Source of the DNA: Acinetobacter wanghuae
GTDB lineage: Bacteria; Pseudomonadota; Gammaproteobacteria; Pseudomonadales; Moraxellaceae
Length of the DNA: 32,000 nucleotides
Assembly (NCBI RefSeq): GCF_009557235.1
Contig: NZ_CP045650.1
Location: 750,001-782,000 of the forward strand
Direction: 5' to 3'
In this document: piece by piece, positions 18,895 to 27,530 of the stretch
How positions within the stretch are numbered: position 1 is the stretch's first letter
Layout: the number at the start of each line of letters is the position of its first letter
Notes under the pieces: model-generated
The model's database searches: none
What the model was told of the DNA's origin: nothing
Seen by the model: the letters and a program-made list of their open reading frames with translations, nothing else
Program-made: the position numbers and the translations under genes

Positions 18895-19626
18895 TTATTT
18901 TAAGTTGCCTGCGTGTAGACCGCATTCTTTATGGGTTGCTTCTTCCCACCACCAACGACCTTCACGCTCATGTTGGTTGGGTAGAACTGGGCGAGTACAT
19001 GGTTCACAGCCAATCGAGATATAACCTTTCTCGTGCAGTGAATTGTATGGAATTTCCATCATACGAATATAATTCCAAACATCACTACTTGACCAATTGG
19101 CAAGCGGGTTATATTTAATCAGTTGTTTCCCTGGACCTGAGAAACCCACATCGGCTTGAACCACCGGAATATCATCACGTGTACCCGGACTTTGATCTTT
19201 ACGTTGACCCGTAATCCAGCCATCTAAAGTGGCCAATTTTTTACGTAATGGCTGAACTTTACGGATACCACAGCACTCTTTATGCTCATCTTTGTAGAAA
19301 CTAAATAAGCCTTTTTCAGTCACGAGTTTTTGTACAGCGTCAGATTCAGGGAAGCAAATCTCGATATCAATTTTGTAATGCTCGCGCACTTTTTCAATAA
19401 ATTGATAAGTTTCGGCATGTAAGCGTCCTGTATCTAAACTAAACACACGAAAAGGCTTACCCAAATGTGATGCCATATCAATCAGTACAACATCTTCAGC
19501 GCCTGAGAATGAAATGGAAATTTCACCTTGTTGGCTAAGCGCAAGTGCCAAAATTTCACTTGGAGATTTATCGGCATATTCAGATGCAAGCGCATCTACG
19601 AGATCAATGCTTGGAATTGTAGTCAT
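18895..19626 (-). CDS. cysH: Adenylyl-sulfate (APS) / PAPS reductase, thioredoxin-dependent, Fe-S type
   Basis: The ATG at 19626 (agga 5 nt upstream) gives MTTIPSIDL.... PP-loop-like SFSGAEDVV. Cys pair KECCGIRK plus CEPCT and the C-terminal ECGLH are typical of bacterial assimilatory APS reductases. The track start at 19656 is TTG. Confidence 0.9.
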   Translation of the reverse strand: MTTIPSIDLVDALASEYADKSPSEILALALSQQGEISISFSGAEDVVLIDMASHLGKPFRVFSLDTGRLHAETYQFIEKVREHYKIDIEICFPESDAVQKLVTEKGLFSFYKDEHKECCGIRKVQPLRKKLATLDGWITGQRKDQSPGTRDDIPVVQADVGFSGPGKQLIKYNPLANWSSSDVWNYIRMMEIPYNSLHEKGYISIGCEPCTRPVLPNQHEREGRWWWEEATHKECGLHAGNLK

Positions 19627-19828
19627 GGGAGTCCTGGCGATATAGGCGTGAAACAAGATGGCTTATATGAGTTTAATTCAGAACTATTTTAATAGAATAG
19701 ATAACACCGACTTATCACTAAAAAATAAATACTTATGAAAAAAATAGATTTAAAAAACAGCAATGCAAATGTGTGATCTTCGGCTATGATAGTGCAAAAT
19801 TTTTTCAATACAACAGAGGGGAATATTC

Positions 19829-20446
19829 ATGGAAGTTGTTTGTCTTGATCTAGAAGGCGTTCTGGTTCCTGAAATTTGGATTAACTTTGCAAAGAAAACC
19901 GGTATTAAAGCGCTTGAAGCAACGACTCGTGATATTCCTGATTACGATGTACTGATGACTCAACGTTTAAATATTTTAAAAGAGCATGGTTTAGGCTTAA
20001 ATGATATTCAAGACGTGATTGCTGAAATGGGTCCATTTGAAGGTGCACGCGAGTTTGTTGAATGGGTACGTACTCATTTTCAATTAATCATTTTATCGGA
20101 CACGTTCTATGAGTTTGCACATCCTTTAATGAAGCAATTGGGTTGGCCAACGATTTTCTGTCATAAGTTAGAGACAGATGAAAAGGGCATGATTTCAGCG
20201 TATAAACTGCGTCAACCTGATCAAAAACGTAAAGCGGTGCAAGCTTTGCATGGTTTGAATTTCCGTGTCATTGCAGCAGGCGATTCATATAACGACACGA
20301 CGATGCTCGGTGAAGCTGACGCAGGTTTCTTGTTTGATGCGCCTGAAAATGTGATTGCGGAGTTCCCGCAATTCCCACCAATTCACGGTTATGCAGCACT
20401 TAAAGAAGCCATTCGTAATGCTTCAGTGCGTGACATTCCGGCTTAA
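19829..20446 (+). CDS. thrH: ThrH-like phosphoserine phosphatase / homoserine phosphotransferase (HAD family)
   Basis: MEVVCLDLEGVLVPEIWINFAKKTGI...TTRDIPDYDVLM...AAGDSYNDTTML matches P. aeruginosa ThrH as I remember it. HAD motif I is DLEG. Confidence 0.87.
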   Translation: MEVVCLDLEGVLVPEIWINFAKKTGIKALEATTRDIPDYDVLMTQRLNILKEHGLGLNDIQDVIAEMGPFEGAREFVEWVRTHFQLIILSDTFYEFAHPLMKQLGWPTIFCHKLETDEKGMISAYKLRQPDQKRKAVQALHGLNFRVIAAGDSYNDTTMLGEADAGFLFDAPENVIAEFPQFPPIHGYAALKEAIRNASVRDIPA

Positions 20447-20463
20447 TTTAATATTTAAGCGAT

Positions 20464-20496
20464 AAAAAAAGGGCATCCGAAGATGCCCTTTTTTTC
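20464..20496. terminator. Bidirectional terminator between thrH and the first FadL paralog
   Basis: Stem aaaaagggcatc / gatgcccttttt with loop cgaa (C-UUCG-G on the minus strand). A-run and T-run flank it. Confidence 0.8.
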
Positions 20497-20527
20497 GTTT
20501 AACCCATTTTGACCCCATCAAAATGAA

Positions 20528-21937
20528 TTAGAAACGGTAACCAATTTTCAAGCTATAGCCGATAGCATCGTTGTCTTCAAATTTAGCTGCAGTTTTTTCA
20601 GTACCAAAATAGCTTGCTACTTGAGAATCAGCATCACCTAGCCAGAAGTATTTCACACCTGCTTGAATAAATGATTGAGGAGTAGGTGAATATTGACCAC
20701 CAATACCTGCGCTCCAGTAACCCTCAGTTGGACCAAGAGTTGAAACTGGATTACCTGCACCAGAGTCCCAACCTGCCATCACTGTACCAGCCCATTTATC
20801 ATTAAATTTACGACCGATACCTACGTTTGCTGAGATTTGATCTTTTTCATATGCAATTAAATCAAAACCACGCTTAGAAGGGTTTGGATTTTCAGTAGTC
20901 TTCTTATTTGTTAAATCAGCAGCTAATTGACCGAATTTATAAGGGCGAATTGCAAAATTAGACCACTCAACCCAACGTAATTGAGCAAATGCAACAGTAT
21001 TTGCCATAATGCCTGTTTGGAAGTCTAAGTTTACAGATTGAGGAGTCGTTATCTTAGTTTTTCCTTCTTCAAAGACAAATTTCTCAGCCATTGAAGGAAT
21101 GCCGCCTAAACTGCCTCCTAAAGTGCTATTCCATGGCATAGACTCTTCAATATTAACTTTATGATCAATTTCAGAACGATAAGTTAAAGAAGCTTTAAGT
21201 GCAATTTCAGGGATTTGATATGCTAAACCAGCTAGCCATCCAACTGAAGAGTTTTCTGAAATAGAAGCTTCATATCCTTTATAAAGGGTTTTTGAACCTT
21301 TTTCGTAGGCTTGTAAATTACATGCAGCTATGCAAACGATACCTGCAAGTGGGCCGTAGGCTGTACCACGCAGTTGAACATTACCTTTAACTGTTTGATA
21401 AACAGGACCAGCATAAATATTCCAGTTTTCAGTTGGTTGATAACCCAAAATGAAAGAAAGGTTTTGAGTTTGTACATCTACTTCTGTAGATTCTTCACCT
21501 AAAGTAAATGCCCCTACTTGATTAGTGCCTAGATTACCTTGAAGAGTTGAACCTGGAGCACCATGTCTTGTATCGGCTTGATTGTATTTCGCATTAGCAC
21601 CGAAAGGCTGATCATATATTAGACCAAATGAAAAATTATCATTCAATTGAACTTTTAATGCAGCACTAGGAAAATAATAACTTTCCGCCATGTCTCCTAA
21701 TTCACTACCTTTTAAAGGTTTTGTAATAGTGTTATTAGTGCTACTTGGGATAAGAAAATCGTCGTTTATTTTCCCAGAAACGTTGGCGTCTAAAACAGAA
21801 ATTCCTGCTTCAAAGTAGTTGCCAGGCTGTAAGAAAGCTTGAATCGATTGACCAGAACGATCAAGAGCAGCAGCAAATGCTCCAGAAATTGGCAAGCTTG
21901 ATAATAAAATCGCAGTACTTAATGTTTTTAATTTCAT
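20528..21937 (-). CDS. FadL/TodX-family outer-membrane channel for hydrophobic compounds or long-chain fatty acids, paralog 1
   Basis: The ATG at 21937 gives the signal peptide MKLKTLSTAILLSSLPISGAFA, then the hatch-like LDRSGQSIQAFLQPGNYFEAG and the C-terminal beta-barrel signature ...YSLKIGYRF. The track ORF extends to 22102 with no support. Confidence 0.88.
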   Translation of the reverse strand: MKLKTLSTAILLSSLPISGAFAAALDRSGQSIQAFLQPGNYFEAGISVLDANVSGKINDDFLIPSSTNNTITKPLKGSELGDMAESYYFPSAALKVQLNDNFSFGLIYDQPFGANAKYNQADTRHGAPGSTLQGNLGTNQVGAFTLGEESTEVDVQTQNLSFILGYQPTENWNIYAGPVYQTVKGNVQLRGTAYGPLAGIVCIAACNLQAYEKGSKTLYKGYEASISENSSVGWLAGLAYQIPEIALKASLTYRSEIDHKVNIEESMPWNSTLGGSLGGIPSMAEKFVFEEGKTKITTPQSVNLDFQTGIMANTVAFAQLRWVEWSNFAIRPYKFGQLAADLTNKKTTENPNPSKRGFDLIAYEKDQISANVGIGRKFNDKWAGTVMAGWDSGAGNPVSTLGPTEGYWSAGIGGQYSPTPQSFIQAGVKYFWLGDADSQVASYFGTEKTAAKFEDNDAIGYSLKIGYRF

Positions 21938-22032
21938 CTTAACGAATGTCCATTTTTTGTTACTAATAACGAGAATCTTTCTGTTATGTAAAAGCTGATA
22001 TGTATTACATTTTTTTTCATACCATGTACATA

Positions 22033-22060
22033 AAGCTAACAGAACAAAAAAAAGAGTAAA
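22033..22060 (-). promoter_or_regulatory. Candidate promoter of FadL paralog 1
   Basis: Gene-sense strand reads TTTACT, 16 nt ending in TGT, then TAGCTT. The same architecture and partly the same sequence occur upstream of paralogs 2 and 3. Confidence 0.35.
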
Positions 22061-22460
22061 GACTCTAAAAGATAAGTTTTTTGTTTTTAAAGATATTGAC
22101 ACGAATTATTTGGTTTTTTTTTATGTTTAACATTATGAATATTAATAATATATTTAATGATGATGATCATCATTTGAAGTGCATTACTTTGAGTTTAATT
22201 GTTTATTTTTTGTTCTATTGTTAAAAATAATATAATTAATAGAATAATTGTAACTTTGATTTTATCTAGAATTTAGAATTATTCAGGGTAAGTCTTTTAA
22301 GAAAATCCAATGATTTTTAAAATTATAAAAATAAGTAATGCTTATTTTAAATGTATTGAGAAATAAGATTTGTTTAGAATAATTAAATAAAGTAGCAAGG
22401 GCAATAAATCTAAGAAATTTTTACACTTGATCTATTACCTTTTAATATTTCTTTCAAAGT

Positions 22461-22491
22461 AAAAAAAGGATACTTAAGCATCCTTTTTTTT
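22461..22491 (-). terminator. Terminator after FadL paralog 2
   Basis: Hairpin aggata(c) / (g)catcct flanked by an A-run and a T-run. One mismatch in the stem. Confidence 0.55.
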
Positions 22492-22502
22492 ACAGTTTGA
22501 GC

Positions 22503-23690
22503 TTAGAAACGGTAACCAATTTTCATACCGTATGCCCAAGCATTGTTGTCTTCAAATTCGGCGACGATGTTACCGCCTGTTTGAGCATGAGCATCGCCTA
22601 ACCATAAATGTTTAACGCCCGCTTGGATAAAGTAGTTTGCAGCAGGGCTATACTGTGCCCCGAGACCAAGACTCCAGTAGCCTTCAGTTGGACCAAGTGT
22701 CGTAACAGGATTCCCTGCACCTGAGTCCCAACCTACGGTTGTAGAGGCTGACCATTTTTCAGAGAACTTATGTCCTAAACCAAGATTTGCTGACCATTGA
22801 TCTTTGTCATAAGAAATAAGGTCTTGTGAGCTTTGACCCGGAATTTTTCCTAAGCTATTTAATAGTTGCGGAGATACAGTAAATTGATCCCAATGTACCC
22901 AGCGAAGATTAGCAAAAACTAATGTATTTTCACTAACACCAGACTGTAGATCAATATTGACTGATTGCGGTGTTGTAGCATTAACAATTCCATCAATTTC
23001 GCGAAGATCAATGAGACCAGGAACAGCAATTTTCGAAGTTTCATGTGCTTGAGCATTATGTTTGATTTCTGAACGGTAAGTTACAGCAGCCTTAAGCGCA
23101 ATTTCTGGAATTTGATAGGCAAAGCCAGCTAACCAACCATATGCTTCTTCTTGCTCAACTTTAATATTGTAACCAGATAAGCTTTTATATGCAGCACCAC
23201 GTAATTTAATATCCGCTTCTACAGTTTGCCAAACCGGACCAGCATAAAAATTCCAGTTTTCATTGGGTTGAAAACCAATTAGTGCTGTCAAATTTTGAGT
23301 TTCAACCTCTACAGATGTACCTTCGCCTGCTTGAGAGAAAGTAGATACAGGTCCATTTACAGAATATATTGCGTCTGCACCATAAGGCTGGTCATAAATG
23401 AGGCCTAGAGAAATCTTATCGGTTGCTTGAACTTTGATTGCGGTATTGATGAAGTAATAATCATCAGCCATATCGCTAATTTTATCACCGGTATAATCGC
23501 CAAAATCATTCTTAACAGTTGAAGTGCCTTTTACATCGGGGTCAAGGATAGAAATACCCGCTTCAGCATAATTTCCCGGTTGTAAAAATGCTTGAATTGA
23601 TTGACCTGAACGATCTAAACCACCCGCAAATACGGCAGAAGTAGATAAAGTGCATGCAAAAAGTGCAATCGATAATGGCTTAAGCTTCAT
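22503..23690 (-). CDS. FadL/TodX-family outer-membrane channel, paralog 2
   Basis: Signal peptide MKLKPLSIALFACTLSTSAVFA, LDRSGQSIQAFLQPGNYAEAG, and C-terminus ...YGMKIGYRF. Confidence 0.9.
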   Translation of the reverse strand: MKLKPLSIALFACTLSTSAVFAGGLDRSGQSIQAFLQPGNYAEAGISILDPDVKGTSTVKNDFGDYTGDKISDMADDYYFINTAIKVQATDKISLGLIYDQPYGADAIYSVNGPVSTFSQAGEGTSVEVETQNLTALIGFQPNENWNFYAGPVWQTVEADIKLRGAAYKSLSGYNIKVEQEEAYGWLAGFAYQIPEIALKAAVTYRSEIKHNAQAHETSKIAVPGLIDLREIDGIVNATTPQSVNIDLQSGVSENTLVFANLRWVHWDQFTVSPQLLNSLGKIPGQSSQDLISYDKDQWSANLGLGHKFSEKWSASTTVGWDSGAGNPVTTLGPTEGYWSLGLGAQYSPAANYFIQAGVKHLWLGDAHAQTGGNIVAEFEDNNAWAYGMKIGYRF

Positions 23691-23734
23691 GGTTCATCCT
23701 TGATGTCGCATAAACAGATTTAAAAAGTGGTGGA

Positions 23735-23762
23735 AAAATAACATAATTTCAAAAAGAGTAAA
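23735..23762 (-). promoter_or_regulatory. Candidate promoter of FadL paralog 2
   Basis: Gene-sense strand reads TTTACT, 16 nt ending in TGT, then TATTTT. Lies inside a 34-nt block (23734-23767) that is 30/34 identical to 25462-25495. Confidence 0.4.
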
Positions 23763-23970
23763 TGCTCAGTTCTCTATTGTTAATGAACTGTATCGGATAA
23801 AGTTAAGGCTTGCTTAGAGTAGTTATACTAATTCAATTGGACTAAAGTTATGAATTATATATTGATAATTAAATTGCATTGGCTGAATTGACGGAAATAA
23901 TTAAAATATTCTAAGTGTTTTAAAATTAGGCAAATAGTTTACAAGTGTATAAAAATATTTATACGATATT

Positions 23971-23995
23971 AAAAAACCACCCGAAGGTGGTTTTC
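23971..23995 (-). terminator. Terminator after FadL paralog 3
   Basis: Stem aaaaccacc / ggtggtttt with loop cgaa (C-UUCG-G on the minus strand), followed by a T-run on the minus strand. Confidence 0.75.
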
Positions 23996-24010
23996 TAGAA
24001 AATAATTGGA

Positions 24011-25348
24011 TTAGAATTTGTAACCGATTTTAAGACCGTAACCAATCGCATTATTATCTTCAAATTTACCAACATTCGGGTTGGCAACAGTCAATGCATC
24101 AGCATCACCCAACCAGAAGTATTTCACACCACCTGCAATAAAGTAGTTAGGAGCAGGACTAAATTGCAAACCTAGACCAAGATTCCAATAACCTTCAGTT
24201 GGTCCTAAAGTTGTAACAGGATTTCCTGCACCAGAATCCCAGCCTACAGAGACATTACCAGCCCATTTTTCACTGAATTTGCGACCTAGACCACCAGTAA
24301 CAGTCCATTGCTCTTTATTGTATTCAACTAAATTGCCACCTTTCAAAGCAGATTGACCTGGTAATGTCGAAAGAGCATCTAATACTTGCCCAAATTGATT
24401 AGGACGAATCGCAAAACCTTTCCAGTCCACCCAGCGTACATTTAAGAATGCAACTGTATCTGCCATGATGCCAGATTGAAGATCAAGATTTACAGATTGG
24501 GGTGTTGTTACTTTGGTTTTACCGTCAGTAAATGCATCCACGTTGTTTCTTGCAGCTGTAGCAGCTGCACCAGCCCCTGCCTGAGCTTGTGCTGGGGTTG
24601 CTCCAGCTGCAATATACTGTGCATATGCACCAGCATAGGTTAAACCAAATACGGTATTACCAGTTGCATCGAATGGAGTTACTCCACCAATAGTTTCATT
24701 AACATTAAGTTCATGTTCGATTTCAGAACGATAGGTTAGAGATGCTTTCAGCGCAATTTCCGGAATTTGATAAGCTAAACCAGCAAGCCAACCCACCTCA
24801 CTATCTCTCTTTAAGTTAGCATCGTAACCACTTAAAGCTGAATAAGCTGCACCGCGGAGCGCTACTTCTCCTTTAGCTTCTTGATAAACAGCACCTGCGT
24901 AAATATTCCAATTTACATTTGGTTGAAAGCCTAGCAAAAGAGAAAGGTTTTCTGTATGAACTTCAGCCTCGGTACCCTCATTTCCTGTTGGATTGAATGC
25001 ACCTGATTGATTTTTGTATTCAGCTTTAGCACCGAATGGTTGGTCGTAGAGTAAACCAACAGAAAAATTCTCTGTTGCTTGAATTTTAAGTGCTGCTGAA
25101 GGGAAGTAATAAGAACTTGCCATATCACCAGTTGCTTGAGATGGAACAACAGTACCCGTAGGCGTAACAATCCTAGATGAATTACCAGAAACATCAGCAT
25201 CTAGTACAGAAATCCCTGCTTCAAAGTAGTTACCGGGTTGTAAAAATGCCGAGATAGATTGACCTGAGCGATCCATTGCAGCAGCAAATGCACCTGACAT
25301 TGGTAGCGCTGCTAAAATCATTGCTGTACTAAGCGTTTTTAATTTCAT
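24011..25348 (-). CDS. FadL/TodX-family outer-membrane channel, paralog 3
   Basis: Signal peptide MKLKTLSTAMILAALPMSGAFA, MDRSGQSISAFLQPGNYFEAG, an Ala-rich insert GATPAQAQAGAGAAATAARNN, and C-terminus ...YGLKIGYKF. Confidence 0.9.
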   Translation of the reverse strand: MKLKTLSTAMILAALPMSGAFAAAMDRSGQSISAFLQPGNYFEAGISVLDADVSGNSSRIVTPTGTVVPSQATGDMASSYYFPSAALKIQATENFSVGLLYDQPFGAKAEYKNQSGAFNPTGNEGTEAEVHTENLSLLLGFQPNVNWNIYAGAVYQEAKGEVALRGAAYSALSGYDANLKRDSEVGWLAGLAYQIPEIALKASLTYRSEIEHELNVNETIGGVTPFDATGNTVFGLTYAGAYAQYIAAGATPAQAQAGAGAAATAARNNVDAFTDGKTKVTTPQSVNLDLQSGIMADTVAFLNVRWVDWKGFAIRPNQFGQVLDALSTLPGQSALKGGNLVEYNKEQWTVTGGLGRKFSEKWAGNVSVGWDSGAGNPVTTLGPTEGYWNLGLGLQFSPAPNYFIAGGVKYFWLGDADALTVANPNVGKFEDNNAIGYGLKIGYKF

Positions 25349-25462
25349 TCTTCATTATCCCTTGAGGTACACATTGGGTTTAAACATTTGGGGTAAATAT
25401 TTAGTATTGTTTTTGGAGTTTTTGACTCGCCTTCAATGGCAAATTTGTTACTCCATGTGTCA

Positions 25463-25490
25463 AAAATAACACAATTAAAATAAGAGTAAA
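25463..25490 (-). promoter_or_regulatory. Candidate promoter of FadL paralog 3
   Basis: Gene-sense strand reads TTTACT, 16 nt ending in TGT, then TATTTT. Lies within the conserved block 25462-25495. Confidence 0.4.
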
Positions 25491-25681
25491 TGCTCTATAT
25501 TAAATATAAAGTTTAAAATATAACCTTAATAGAGTATTTGTACTAAATTTGATGTGTTTTTACGGTTTATGTAGTTGTAATTCAAAATAAAAAAATAGTA
25601 TTCAAAAAAATAAGAAACATGGAAAAGAATTCTAAGATTTTCTAAATAAATTGTTATGTATGTCACATTTTAAAAGTAGGG

Positions 25682-25757
25682 TGGTGCGCCCTGTGGGAGT
25701 CGAACCCACGTCGGTCACTTAGGAGGCAACTGCTCTATCCAATTAAGCTAAGGGCAC
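25682..25757 (-). tRNA. tRNA-Arg (anticodon CCT)
   Basis: The reverse complement folds by hand into a cloverleaf. Acceptor GTGCCCT/AGGGCGC, D-stem GCTT/GAGC, anticodon stem GTTGC/GTGAC with loop CT-CCT-AA, T-arm GTGGG-TTCGACT-CCCAC, discriminator A plus encoded CCA. 76 nt. Confidence 0.9.
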
Positions 25758-25787
25758 CAAGCGTTGCCAATGTACGCTATTTTGAGC

Positions 25788-25820
25788 CAAAAAAAAAGTT
25801 ATTACCGAAGTAATAACTTT
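25788..25820 (-). terminator. Terminator after the aroP-like gene
   Basis: Stem aaagttattac / gtaataacttt with loop cgaa (C-UUCG-G on the minus strand), then a long T-run on the minus strand. Confidence 0.75.
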
Positions 25821-25842
25821 ATAAATCATAAGCTAATTTAAC

Positions 25843-27198
25843 TTATGCTTTTTTTGTGTTCAATAATTTAAACAGGATAAACATGACAACAACCCAAATC
25901 GGAATCATGAGAACTGATTCTTTAAAGCCTTGTGTCCACATGATATATAAAATGGTTGCAATAAAGCCCAATACCAAGAAATTACTAAATGGCGACCAAA
26001 GTGCAGGGAACTTAGTCGTTTGCCCTAATTTTTTCATCCCTTGAATAAACTTGAAATGGGTTAAGCTAATCATTGCCCAGTTTAAGACCAAAGCACCCAC
26101 AACCACGTAAATCAAATGACTTAACGCATCTTCAGGAACAAAGTAGTTCAAGATCACGCAACCAAAGATTAAAACGGCTGAGAATAAAACAGCAGGAATC
26201 GGAGTCCCTTGTTTATTCACTTTCATGAATACTTTTGGCGCATTGCCTTGCTGTGCTAAACCAAACAACATACGGCTATTGGCATACATACCGCTGTTAT
26301 AAACAGAAAGTGCAGCAGTTAAAATAATAAAGTTAAGTAAGTGTGCAGCCCAATCAATACCCAATTGGCTAAAGATCATAACGAACGGACTTTTATCTAA
26401 ACCACCGAGTTCAAGTTGATTCCAAGGCACAAGTGACAAGAGAATAGTCAAGGCACCCACATAGAAAATCAAGATCCGGAACACTACTTGATTAATAGCT
26501 TTAGGAATCGTTTTTTCAGGATTTTCAGCCTCAGCTGCCGCCATACCAATCAGTTCAATCCCACCGAAAGCAAACATTAAGAATGCTAGCATGTAGAACA
26601 GACCTTCAAAGCCATTCGGGAAAAAGCCACCCGCGGTCCATAAATTACTAAATGATGCAGTTGAATCTGAACCCGCAGTTACTAGTAAGTAAACCCCGAA
26701 GATAATCATGGAAATGACTGCAGTCACTTTAATGATCGACAGCCAAAATTCTGATTCACCATAAAATTTGACATTGCCCAAATTGACCAGCGTAATCACG
26801 ACGAAAAAGAACAGTACAGATGCCCACGCAGGAATGAAAGGCCACCAGTAGTTAATATATTTGGCAACGGCAGTCAGCTCGGTCATGGCTACTAAAATAT
26901 ATAAAATCCAGTAGTTCCAACCAGCAAGAAATCCCGGAAACTTGCCCCAATATTTATAAGCAAAATGACTAAACGAACCTGCGACTGGTTCATGAACAAT
27001 CATTTCCCCTAATTGACGCATAATTAGAAATGCAATGAAGCCACCAATGGCATAGCCCAAAATAATGGAAGGACCAGCAGATTGTATGACCTGTGCGGAA
27101 CCTAAGAATAAGCCTGTACCAATTGCACCGCCCATGGCGATCAATTGGATATGACGGTTCTTTAAGCCACGCTGAAGTTGTGACGATTTGTTATTCAA
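25843..27198 (-). CDS. aroP: APC-family amino-acid permease, AroP-like (aromatic amino acid:H+ symporter)
   Basis: LQRGLKNRHIQLIAMGGAIGTGLFLGSAQVIQSAGPSIILGYAIGGFIAFLIMRQLGEMIVHEPVAGSFSHFAYKYWG is nearly colinear with E. coli AroP as I remember it. Substrate is not proven. Confidence 0.9.
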   Translation of the reverse strand: MNNKSSQLQRGLKNRHIQLIAMGGAIGTGLFLGSAQVIQSAGPSIILGYAIGGFIAFLIMRQLGEMIVHEPVAGSFSHFAYKYWGKFPGFLAGWNYWILYILVAMTELTAVAKYINYWWPFIPAWASVLFFFVVITLVNLGNVKFYGESEFWLSIIKVTAVISMIIFGVYLLVTAGSDSTASFSNLWTAGGFFPNGFEGLFYMLAFLMFAFGGIELIGMAAAEAENPEKTIPKAINQVVFRILIFYVGALTILLSLVPWNQLELGGLDKSPFVMIFSQLGIDWAAHLLNFIILTAALSVYNSGMYANSRMLFGLAQQGNAPKVFMKVNKQGTPIPAVLFSAVLIFGCVILNYFVPEDALSHLIYVVVGALVLNWAMISLTHFKFIQGMKKLGQTTKFPALWSPFSNFLVLGFIATILYIMWTQGFKESVLMIPIWVVVMFILFKLLNTKKA

Positions 27199-27530
27199 AT
27201 TCTTTCAGCCCGACGATGAAAAATAGTAAGTTTTGAGATTGTAATAGATCGCGCATAAGAAGCCTAGTACGCGCCAGTTGATGAAAAATTATTGGTGATT
27301 TTATAACGAGAAGTTATAAAAAAAAGCCAAATAAAATACAAATGAATCAATCTATTAATTTTATTAATATAATTTTTATACAGTGAACTTCACCTTTGGT
27401 CTAGATACAAATGTTGTTTTTTTAGACTAAGCTCATGAAGTCAGCGTATTTGGTAATAAAAATATTATACTGAGTATGGAAATGATCAATAACGCCTTAA
27501 AACAAAGATAGCCTAAGGATAACAATATTC

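Noticed and set aside
21938-22102. 55-codon N-terminal extension of FadL paralog 1 in the ORF track
   Set aside because: The extension precedes a canonical signal peptide that aligns with the N-termini of the other two paralogs. It also covers the promoter-like block.
22123-22224. 33-codon ORF (MFNIMNINNIFNDDDHHLKCITLSLIVYFLFYC) in the AT-rich spacer, considered as a small hydrophobic toxin-like peptide
   Set aside because: No SD and no terminator. ORFs of this size arise by chance in such AT-rich DNA.
22103-22460. Recurring TAGAAT(A/T)ATT decamers (22240, 22274, 22375), plus a check of the AT-rich spacers for CRISPR-like periodic repeats
   Set aside because: A rough estimate suggests a repeated 10-mer is about as likely as not by chance in 400 nt of this composition. 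There is no regular spacing and no longer repeats, so this is not a CRISPR array.
25349-25757. tRNA-Arg(CCT) as an integration site for the adjacent FadL cluster or another island
   Set aside because: No integrase is present and I could not spot a duplicated tRNA 3'-end fragment. The FadL genes have host-like composition.
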